Shown here piece by piece: positions 30,332-37,865 of a stretch of 64,000 nucleotides of DNA; within the stretch, counting starts at the first letter, position 1, and each line of letters begins with the position of its first letter. The position numbers and the translations under genes are program-made. This stretch comes from an uncultured Eubacteriales bacterium (GTDB lineage: Bacteria; Bacillota; Clostridia; Lutisporales; Lutisporaceae), in NCBI GenBank assembly GCA_963704785.1, contig OY969939.1, forward strand, positions 2,383,475 through 2,447,474, written 5' to 3'. Under the pieces are notes generated by a model, which worked only from the letters and a program-made list of their open reading frames with translations, was not told where the DNA came from and did no database searches.

Positions 30332-30993
30332 TTAGAACCATGTTGCAGAATAGTCTCCAGTTGGATTACATTGTATTTTGCAAGCCATTTCTACAGTTTG
30401 TAAAGTCATTCCTACAGGGTCAATTCCAATATAATACTCTAAATGAAATTTACATTTTGCCCATGCATAGCCTGTTGTACTTCCTATAGACATAGTTTCT
30501 AAAGTAGTATCGCCATTCCAGCCAGGATATGAAGTTGATACTGTACCAGTTACATCAATTGGGGTAACAGTAGAACCATTCCTAGAAAATACTCCTTCAG
30601 TAGTTAAAATTGCAATGTTAATACCAACTATACTTTTCATTGTATAAGTAGATGTAATAGTTGTTTCATAAGTTGTCAAATAATTAATAGGTACTATGGC
30701 ATTTAAAGTAGTAGCCGTAGCATTTTCTTTTACTAAGATTTGCTTTTCAAGAATTAGATTTTTACTTATTTGTATTTGTGCATTTTCTTTCCCTTGTGCT
30801 TCGAGTTGCTTTATGTACTTGGTAAGGTTATCTTGCTTTAAAGCTTCTTGTACTTCCTTTATAACTTCTTTACTCAGTCTTATTTCCTTTTGGTTTGGTT
30901 ACTTGAATTTCCTTCTTGTGCCATTACATTGATAGATAACATTGATAATGCTAATGACACTACTAAGAACATTGATAATAATTTTTTAAACAT
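30332..30993 (-). CDS. Secreted protein of unknown function, one frame break
   Basis: AAGGAG SD, ATG at 30993 and signal peptide MFKKLLSMFLVVSLALSMLSINVMA. Adding one base to the T4 run at 30888-30891 joins it to ORF 30332-30679 (...EIRLSKEVIKEVQEALKQ...ATWF). Confidence 0.55.
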
Positions 30994-31155
30994 TTACTCA
31001 CCACTCCTTATTATTATGATAGTTGTATCTTATCACAATATATGTAAATATTTTGTAGAAGTGTGGTATAAATAAAAAATTTTATCTACAGATTATAAAT
31101 AATAATTACTTATCTGATTAGATTACATCAAAGTTTTATAGTGTCTTTTATTTAT

Positions 31156-31185
31156 AAAGCAGTGGGGTCGGTTCTTTTTGCTTTT
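31156..31185 (+). repeat. 30-nt hairpin repeat, copy E and left edge of duplicated unit 2
   Basis: AAAGCAGTGGGGTCGGTTCTTTTTGCTTTT. Confidence 0.65.
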
Positions 31186-31472
31186 ATGGAGTCTGTTCTG
31201 TCTACCATACTCTTTGATATTCCTGCCAGGTTCGTCCTTTTTATAGCTCAAAGTACAAATCACTTTTATTGAGATTTTTATTAAATTTTTCCAACATATT
31301 ACTCATACTTAAAATATTACATGCATTTTTCATTATTACTGTAAATATCAATAGCTGTTATAAAGTCACTTGAATTACTGATTTTAGATGAACCAACAAG
31401 AGAATTAGACAAAAAAGTGTGGAATCTATTCGTACACTTTTTCTTAAAAATAAGGAGACACACATCAGATAG
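31186..31472 (+). pseudogene. Second copy of the degenerate ABC ATPase fragment
   Basis: Near-identical to 29342-29635, including LILDEPTRELD. Confidence 0.6.
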
Positions 31473-31600
31473 ACAGTTATTGGCAATATATTCCCTAAAT
31501 AAGAAGCCAAGGGCTTTAGTACGTTGCTGATACCCTTGACTTATAGACTATTATAATAAAAAATATTAAGCTTATTTCTTTTCAGATATTAATACTCAAG

Positions 31601-32187
31601 TTAATATTTCACACTACCCAAGATGTGCCAAATTTCATTCTTATGCTGTTGGTAGAAATCTTTGTTAACAAATACCACAGCATTCTGATATCCCTTTTGG
31701 GTTGATTTATTATATAAAACAAGTATATTTATCTTACCATCATATTCACCTATATATAGATAGCCTATTCCTTTGTCATCAATAATAAATTCTTTTATCT
31801 TACTAAAATTAGTTGGACTATAGGGACTATAAGAGCCTAAAATAGATATTTTATTTTCTTTATCCCCTTCTATATATACATTTACTCCCCAATCGGGACT
31901 TCCTTCCTTTTTGCTGTAGGCAAATATGATGGAAGTTCATCAACAATCCAGGCTTCGGGATATTTAAAGCTAAAGCCATATTTGCTAAAGCTATAGGTAT
32001 AATCAGAATATCCTTCATAGCCATAGGTATAATCAGAAGCTTCTTTGTAATCCTCTGTATTGTCAGATACTTTTTTAATATTACTTGTATTGCTAGAAGA
32101 TTCCACTTGCCCTTTGCCACACCCTACAACTAACAATAAAATGGTAAATATTAATATAATTAGTACCACAATCTTTTTATGACTCAA
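31601..32187 (-). CDS. Lipoprotein (longer paralog), frame break around 31.91 kb
   Basis: AAGGTGG SD 8 nt before the TTG at 32187 and lipobox LLVVGC. Three reading frames join to give ...FSFKYPEAWIVDE...DWGVNVYIEGDKENK...IGYLYIGEYDGKINILVLYNKSTQKGYQNAVVF...SVKY*. Confidence 0.5.
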
Positions 32188-32220
32188 TCTATATACCACC
32201 TTGTTTTTATAGAACAACAA

Positions 32221-32295
32221 GGTGCTAGGCCCAACAAATAGACAGTTAATAAGAAATATATTGTGAATAACTGTCTAACTGACTAGCCTGGCACC
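32221..32295 (+). repeat. Two-tier hairpin element, copy X3
   Basis: Same as X2 with one or two substitutions. On the minus strand it forms the 5' leader of the 31601-32187 gene. Confidence 0.55.
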
Positions 32296-32861
32296 TATGG
32301 TACGAGCTTTACTGAATCTACAATTTTTTGAATAGTATCTTCCTCTACATATTTTAAGTTAAAATTAAGCAATACAGCTTTTCTATCCTTTTGATTATAG
32401 AAAAAAGCGTGTAAAAGCTCATACTGAATAACTGGCTTGTTGTGTACATTGAAATAACATTTATATTTTTTCCTTAATACAGGACAAAAATAATTATCAA
32501 GAACCTCTGACTCTAACACATCACACATATTTCTAAAAAACAATTCAGGTAAATCATCATGCTGGTAGTCTTCCTCAAAGACATATGCAATATTTTTATC
32601 TTTATAATTCAAAGAAAACCATCCAAAACTACTTTGGGTAAAGTTTAATTCTTTGGGAGCAGAAAACTCTATAAGATGATTTTTATATGTAATCCATTCT
32701 TCATCTTCTGCTATTTTAATGATTTCTGTTTCTATTTCTTCTTTTGTTGCTTTATTATTATCAACATTTGGTGTGTTGGTATTTACTACTTCATTAGAAT
32801 TGTTACAGGATGTAAATAGAAGAATTAAAATAAAACACATTATACATATATATTTTTTCAT
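32295..32861 (-). CDS. Lipoprotein, unknown function
   Basis: 188 aa, lipobox LLFTSC, AAGGAGAAA SD. Confidence 0.55.
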   Translation of the reverse strand: MKKYICIMCFILILLFTSCNNSNEVVNTNTPNVDNNKATKEEIETEIIKIAEDEEWITYKNHLIEFSAPKELNFTQSSFGWFSLNYKDKNIAYVFEEDYQHDDLPELFFRNMCDVLESEVLDNYFCPVLRKKYKCYFNVHNKPVIQYELLHAFFYNQKDRKAVLLNFNLKYVEEDTIQKIVDSVKLVP

Positions 32862-33127
32862 TTAATAATTTCTCCTTTTTAAGAAATATACAAGCATATC
32901 CGACCAATATTATACTGGAATTATATTTAATAAATAACACTTCGCTTTCCTTTAAAATTAAGTTTAACTGAATTTAATTTTCCACTGGTGTAATAATCAA
33001 TAATTGCATACAATTAACAATATATCATTTATATTACTTTGTTACAATATAATGTTAATTAAATGCAAGCTTTGAGTTTTGCACTTTTATTATGTCATAA
33101 TTATTTTGCAAAAGCTTACCTCACAAC

Positions 33128-33168
33128 CAAAAAAAATCCTTGGATAGAGCTACATCTATCCAAGGATT
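33128..33168 (-). terminator. Rho-independent terminator of the 55-aa gene
   Basis: 13-bp stem AATCCTTGGATAG/CTATCCAAGGATT followed on the minus strand by T8. Confidence 0.7.
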
Positions 33169-33186
33169 TTCAATCTTTATCAGTAG

Positions 33187-33354
33187 TTAATTATATGCCT
33201 CGATTTCAGGTAATGCCTTGTCTATGACTACAAGTTTATAAACTTGTGCAATTAACTCATGTACTATTTCAGGATCGACTCCCAGTTTTTCTGCTTTTCT
33301 ATACACTGAGTCAAACTTACTAATAAAATCTTCCATGTATTCTTTATTAAACAT
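33187..33354 (-). CDS. 55-aa helical protein, unknown function
   Basis: Not in the ORF track. A strong SD (AAGGAGA) lies 6 nt before the ATG at 33354 and the gene has its own terminator. Sequence: MFNKEYMEDFISKFDSVYRKAEKLGVDPEIVHELIAQVYKLVVIDKALPEIEAYN. Confidence 0.55.
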   Translation of the reverse strand: MFNKEYMEDFISKFDSVYRKAEKLGVDPEIVHELIAQVYKLVVIDKALPEIEAYN

Positions 33355-33765
33355 TGTATATCTCCTTTCCTTGTTAAAGTTCTTAAAAGAAGTTTATAAT
33401 CTCAAGAAAAGTGATATATGAATAGGTTTATTTTCTGCAATGTATAACCTATTTCGCTTGGTAGGAGTTGGAGAAATCCGGCTCTTTCACTTTTCTGTTT
33501 AATATAATTTGCTTTCCCTCCTTTCAATGAATTATGTAATGTATTGTTACATTGTGTTTACTTTGTAATTTTAACAAATTTTCTCATACTTGTAAAGTTG
33601 ACAGGTTTCCATTATATGTAATCTGTTGTGTGGTGGCGTGAATAAATATTTATAATTAATAATATTTAATTGATACAAGTTATATTTTGTTATAAATTTA
33701 CGTTTTTTAAAGGACATCGCCTATAAATTTCATAATTTTTCCATAACTTATTTTAAAATTCCCTA

Positions 33766-33794
33766 CAAAAAAAACAGAAAGCATAAAGCCTTCT
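33766..33794 (-). terminator. Terminator after the pro-peptide gene
   Basis: Minus strand AGAAGGC-TTTAT-GCTTTCT followed by GTTTTTTTT. Confidence 0.55.
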
Positions 33795-33808
33795 ATTAGG
33801 TGATGGGT

Positions 33809-33955
33809 TTACTTATTTATTGGATTTATCATGCATGAATGGTATGGATCGCTACCATCTTGTGCATTTACTTCTGTCGGAATTACTACCGATATAGTAA
33901 CTGCAAATAAAATTGCTATTATAAAATATTTTGTTATTGTTTTAAACTTATTCAT
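33809..33955 (-). CDS. 48-aa secreted pro-peptide (candidate signalling peptide)
   Basis: Not in the ORF track. Its ATG overlaps the regulator's stop (ATGAATAA). Sequence is MNKFKTITKYFIIAILFAVTISVVIPTEVNA|QDGSDPYHSCMINPINK, a Sec-type signal followed by a 17-aa tail. Confidence 0.6.
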   Translation of the reverse strand: MNKFKTITKYFIIAILFAVTISVVIPTEVNAQDGSDPYHSCMINPINK

Positions 33956-35222
33956 TATATGCCTCCTTTTTTCTTATTTTTCTATGTATTCTTCCTATAC
34001 ATGAGTACAAATCATCTTTATATACATAATTATCTGTGTTCTCTTCTATGTAACAAACCACATTGTACAATTCTTTTAATAAGTCAACATCATATATATA
34101 GTTAGTTATATTAATTATTCCATCCTTCATATCTTTTTTATCAATAGAAGTATAAATTGTTTTCTTTAGCATACTAAAATATTCATAGCAGGCAGAGGTA
34201 TCTCCTGCCATTAATCTTATCTCCGCATGGGTTTGAGCGACTATTAAATGTCTCTCAGTAATTCTATCCTTATCTAATAGCTCCATTGCTGCTTCGATGT
34301 ATTTAATCGCTTCGTCATAATTCTTAAAAATGCAATATATGTCAGCAATATTATTAAGAGTTAATGACCTACCATTTATATCTTTTTCGTGGAATTCAAG
34401 CAAAGCCATTAAGTAGTATTCTTTTGCTTCTGCATACATTCCATCTCTTTTATATGTAGACCCTATAGCCAAATATGCCGCACCTTTATCACTATTTAAT
34501 TCAGTATTATCACCTGCATACACAATTGACTTCTCTATGTAGCCTCTTGCCTCAGAGTGCCTGCCCACTTCTGAATTTAACATTATACCTCTTCTATAAT
34601 AGTATTTATACAAGGCTGAATTACTAACCTTCTCAGATTTATCAATGTAATTCTGAGCTTTTATAAATAATCTTTCTGCCTCTTTAACTTCTCTCTCCAT
34701 ATAATGATATTCTGCCAATTCAACCGTTATAATTATTAATGTATCAATATTTTCCATATCAACTAGATTTAAGGCTTCATTATAATATTCTAAGGTTTTA
34801 ATAATATCATTTCTATAGTAAAAGTGTTTTCCAAGGCATCTTATCATTAAAGCAGTTTCGTTTATAAGTCCAAACTTAACACACAATGCTCTTACTTTTT
34901 CCAGCAAAGCATAGTCCTTATCTTCTTTATAGAGCATTATATCTCTATAAATTTTAATTGCAAAATTTTTGATTTGTCCAGCATCATCACATATTAGCTC
35001 GTCCCAGCCTTCATCAAGAGTTCTAAGCATTATGCATTTAAAGGTTGGTGAAGAAATTTTATTAAAACCACAGTAATTTCTCACAGCCTTGAGAGATAAT
35101 TCAGTTATCTTTTCTGTTTCATAAAAATCTTTTATAGAACCATACTTTTCTTCAATTTTCTTTTTTATTTGTTGCCCCTCATTTAAAAATTCTATGTCTT
35201 CTGGCATTAACTTTTTTCCCAT
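33948..35222 (-). CDS. TPR-repeat regulator with a degenerate N-terminal HTH (RRNPP-like)
   Basis: 424 aa. The N-terminus GQQIKKKIEEKYGSIKDFYETEKITELSLKAVRNYCGF is XRE-HTH-like. At least 5 TPR-like repeats follow (e.g. AYLAIGSTYKRDGMYAEAKEYYLMAL, LNNIADIYCIFKNYDEAIKYIEAAM). Confidence 0.6.
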   Translation of the reverse strand: MGKKLMPEDIEFLNEGQQIKKKIEEKYGSIKDFYETEKITELSLKAVRNYCGFNKISSPTFKCIMLRTLDEGWDELICDDAGQIKNFAIKIYRDIMLYKEDKDYALLEKVRALCVKFGLINETALMIRCLGKHFYYRNDIIKTLEYYNEALNLVDMENIDTLIIITVELAEYHYMEREVKEAERLFIKAQNYIDKSEKVSNSALYKYYYRRGIMLNSEVGRHSEARGYIEKSIVYAGDNTELNSDKGAAYLAIGSTYKRDGMYAEAKEYYLMALLEFHEKDINGRSLTLNNIADIYCIFKNYDEAIKYIEAAMELLDKDRITERHLIVAQTHAEIRLMAGDTSACYEYFSMLKKTIYTSIDKKDMKDGIINITNYIYDVDLLKELYNVVCYIEENTDNYVYKDDLYSCIGRIHRKIRKKEAYNE

Positions 35223-35524
35223 ATGATCACCCTCAAACCAATTTTTTGTCTAAAAAAGCTCTGTAAGTATCTAGCGGAAATTCGTCCACTCTTTGTCAAA
35301 TAAAATCATACAAATAAGATAAGGATTGTTTTTACAACCCCTGTATGTAATATTGAATTATACTAATTATTTGATTTATACCTACAATTAGCATAACATG
35401 GTTAAATATTCAATTCAATATTTATTTACTTGTCGGAGCTGAGAAATTTAATAATAAAGGAATTATTTTGATTCAGGACGAATAAATAGCCTATGCAATA
35501 AGCGTGCAATTAGGAGGGGTTATA

Positions 35525-35791
35525 TTGAAAAAGGTAATTATTTATGGAAGTCATATGTGACCAGGATGTGGGGAGTTGAAAGAGGTTCTTTCACAAAAAG
35601 GCATAGATTTTATATACTTTGATATCAGTTTAGATTTTGGGGCATTGAAGAGATTTCTAAAGATTAGAGATACTAACGAAATATTTGATCCAGTAAGGGC
35701 AGGCGGAAGAGTAGGGGTACCTACTGTTTTGGTTGATGATAAAGTAATGCTTGGATTGGAAGAGGATCAAATAGAAGAACTACTGAAATAG
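35525..35791 (+). CDS. Glutaredoxin/NrdH-like small redoxin with in-frame TGA (putative selenocysteine, UPGC motif)
   Basis: AGGAGGGG SD 6 nt before the TTG at 35525. It reads LKKVIIYGSHM-TGA-PGCGELKEVL... in frame with ORF 35576-35791 (…GRVGVPTVLVDD…). The TGA at 35558-35560 occupies the first Cys of the CxxC motif. A hairpin at 35577-35593 has a GG-containing loop. Confidence 0.6.
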
Positions 35792-35820
35792 AGCTGCAAC
35801 TTGCAGCTCTATTTTTTTTT
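35790..35820. terminator. Bidirectional terminator
   Basis: AGAGCTGCAA-C-TTGCAGCTCT followed by T9. Confidence 0.7.
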
Positions 35821-35864
35821 CAAACTATCAAATTGTATAGTAACTTTATCCTTCCAGATTATTC

Positions 35865-36479
35865 TTAAATAAGCCTTAGAACTGCAAGAATTAGTAGTAT
35901 AAAGCCCGGAAGCAGGGAGAATTTCTCACTAAAGCTACTTACTATACTAGTTCTTGCAACAATATTACCTGCTCCGATAAGCACAAAGTGAGCAATACCA
36001 AAAAGAAACGGAGTGGTAAAAGGGTTTACTCCTATAAGAGCTATAGTAAAGGCTGCAATGGAGGCATCCATTGCAACCGCTAAACCTAGCATTGTGCCTT
36101 CCATTGGTTTTATATCACCTTCATTGTCATAGTCTGCCAACAAAGGGTTTTGGAGTATTTTGACTAATTCATGAAAATTAATCTTTGGTTGGATATTGTC
36201 CTTTTGCTCCTTTCTATGCGCATTGCCTTCCTTTAAGGTATACAATGCAAGCAGCAGAAGGAGAATACCTCCAATATATTTAGCCATTTCAATAGGGATA
36301 TAGAATTGTAAATAGTGTCCTACAATCATTGCAAGCATAGTGCATACAACAGACCAAGAGGATATAATCAATAAAGAATTAAACGGTATCTTGATTTTTC
36401 GCAATCCAAATGCAAATCCGCCCCAAAAGCCATCTAAGCTCACGGCAATTGCGATAAGAATCAAGCTAAAGAGCCCCAT
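35865..36479 (-). CDS. ytaF: MntP/YtaF-family membrane protein (sporulation protein YtaF-like)
   Basis: Best start is Met95 of ORF 35865-36761 (MGLFSLILIAIAVSLDGFWGGFAFG...), giving a 204-aa protein with the twin-repeat MntP-like topology. Confidence 0.55.
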   Translation of the reverse strand: MGLFSLILIAIAVSLDGFWGGFAFGLRKIKIPFNSLLIISSWSVVCTMLAMIVGHYLQFYIPIEMAKYIGGILLLLLALYTLKEGNAHRKEQKDNIQPKINFHELVKILQNPLLADYDNEGDIKPMEGTMLGLAVAMDASIAAFTIALIGVNPFTTPFLFGIAHFVLIGAGNIVARTSIVSSFSEKFSLLPGFILLILAVLRLI

Positions 36480-36732
36480 TGGTATCCACCTCTCATACTC
36501 AAAATTTTGCTTTATACTACTGTATGAAAGATGTGGTAACTTTGACACAATGCTTGTCATATGCAGATAATTTGGCGAAAGCCTTGCACTAAGTGCCAAA
36601 CATGTAAAATACAATCGAAGGGTTTTTGATTTAGACAAGGGGTTTTGACACATTTTTCCTTTTATATTTGTTAATATTATATAGAACCAATAGTGGTAGC
36701 TTATATCTTTTACAAAAGAGGAGAAATGTGTA

Positions 36733-37272
36733 ATGAGAAAGATAATCAACAGTATTTTCAACTTAATAGTAATTTTTATTATAGTATTTTCATCGTTATA
36801 TTTAATATCAGCAGCTCAAACTATCAGTAACCCTACCAACATACCCTCAATATTGGGCTTTACCCCTCTTACCGTAATATCAGGGAGCATGAGCCCGGGT
36901 ATAGAAACTGGAGATATGGTTGTGATAAAAAAGAACATCGACAATATAAATCCGGGGGATATCATAACATATAGGCTGGATGATATACTGGTTACCCATA
37001 GGGTAAAGGAAATTTCTAAGGATGATATAAAAGAGGTGTTTGTTACTCAAGGTGATGCAAATAGTGTGTCAGATTATAAAACAGTAGATCGAAGCCAGAT
37101 AGTGGGTAAATACTTATTTAGAATTCCGTTAGGTGGGTATATTAAGGCAAGCTTAAGAGGAATGGCAGGTATATTGATTTTATTGGGATTGATTCTTATA
37201 GCACTCATGCTTGAAGTGCTTAAGTTTACTAATAACAAGCTGAAGGAAGTTGAAAAATGTTTATTAGAATAG
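36733..37272 (+). CDS. sipW: Signal peptidase I, SipW (archaeal/ER) type
   Basis: 179 aa with VISGSMSPGIETGDMVVIKK, THRV and TQGDAN motifs, plus a C-terminal TM helix. Confidence 0.8.
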   Translation: MRKIINSIFNLIVIFIIVFSSLYLISAAQTISNPTNIPSILGFTPLTVISGSMSPGIETGDMVVIKKNIDNINPGDIITYRLDDILVTHRVKEISKDDIKEVFVTQGDANSVSDYKTVDRSQIVGKYLFRIPLGGYIKASLRGMAGILILLGLILIALMLEVLKFTNNKLKEVEKCLLE

Positions 37273-37274
37273 AC

Positions 37275-37300
37275 AGCAGACAGATGTATATCTGTCTGCT
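37275..37300. terminator. Bidirectional terminator
   Basis: Perfect 11-bp stem AGCAGACAGAT-GTAT-ATCTGTCTGCT. Confidence 0.7.
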
Positions 37301-37304
37301 CTAT

Positions 37305-37780
37305 TCATATGAATAATTGCATGTCTGATTCTAAGGCTTCTTTTAGATAATCCTTTGCTTCTTTTACTTCAAGCTCAGGTATCATTTCCTCTTGCTTAAG
37401 CCCCATTATCTCCATAGATAATTTACAGCCGTAAAACTTAACACCCTTTTTTGAGCACCCTTCAAAAATGCTGTTAAGGGAGGGGTATCATCATCCTCCA
37501 TCATTTCAATAAGCATTTTCTTACCAATACCTGCAAAATTCATTTTTGATAAGGGTAAATCTTCTGGCCCCTTGGGTGTCATCACACCAAACATTTTCTC
37601 ATATAGTGACTTATCTTCTAAACTGAATTTTTTAGGATCTCTAACAAGACCTAAACCCCAAAAAGCAAAAAATATAGTGGTTTCTACATCTATAGTTCTT
37701 GCGGTATTTGCTAGTAATAGGGCAGCAAGTGCTTTATCATATTCTCCGCTAAATAAAAGAATGTTCATTTTCTTATTCAA
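37305..37780 (-). CDS. DsrE/DsrF-like (COG2210 'peroxiredoxin-like') sulfur-relay protein, one frame break
   Basis: Adding one base to the T6 run at 37447-37452 extends ORF 37406-37780 into ...KGVKFYGCKLSMEIMGLKQEEMIPELEVKEAKDYLKEALESDMQLFI*. Confidence 0.6.
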
Positions 37781-37865
37781 GTTAGTTCCTCCTTTGTTTT
37801 TTTACATATATATTGTCTGCTATTTACAGTGCTTTTATTACATAAACCACACCGCAAATTCTATG

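Noticed and set aside
30696-31075. Plus-strand ORFs 30696-30932 and 30848-31075
   Set aside because: They lie antisense to the repaired secreted-protein gene (30332-30993), are compositionally biased (Phe/Leu/Cys/Ser-rich from AT-rich antisense sequence) and have no SD.
29312-32298. CRISPR-like array
   Set aside because: The repeats are 0.8-1.1 kb collinear duplicated blocks with pseudogenes, not short regularly spaced repeats with unique spacers. There are no cas genes.
33420-33560. Tiny ORF behind a GAAAGGAGGG motif in the spacer between the pro-peptide gene and the 55-aa gene (minus strand)
   Set aside because: No canonical start codon lies at a suitable distance from the SD-like motif (only ATT/ATA, and a GTG that is too far away). 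The possible products are 13-19 aa, which is insufficient evidence.
33187-35222. Arbitrium (aimR-aimP-aimX) system of a prophage
   Set aside because: The gene order is similar, but there are no phage structural, integrase or repressor genes nearby. The peptide tail also does not resemble known arbitrium hexapeptides. It is kept only as an analogy within the RRNPP finding.
36480-36761. N-terminal 94-aa extension of the ytaF/mntP-like ORF, or a yybP-ykoY manganese riboswitch in this region
   Set aside because: The extension has no membrane-protein character and the family-typical start (MGLFSLILIA…) lies at 36479. The conserved GGGGAGTAG-type riboswitch core is absent; only one TTTGGC/GCCAAA hairpin is present.
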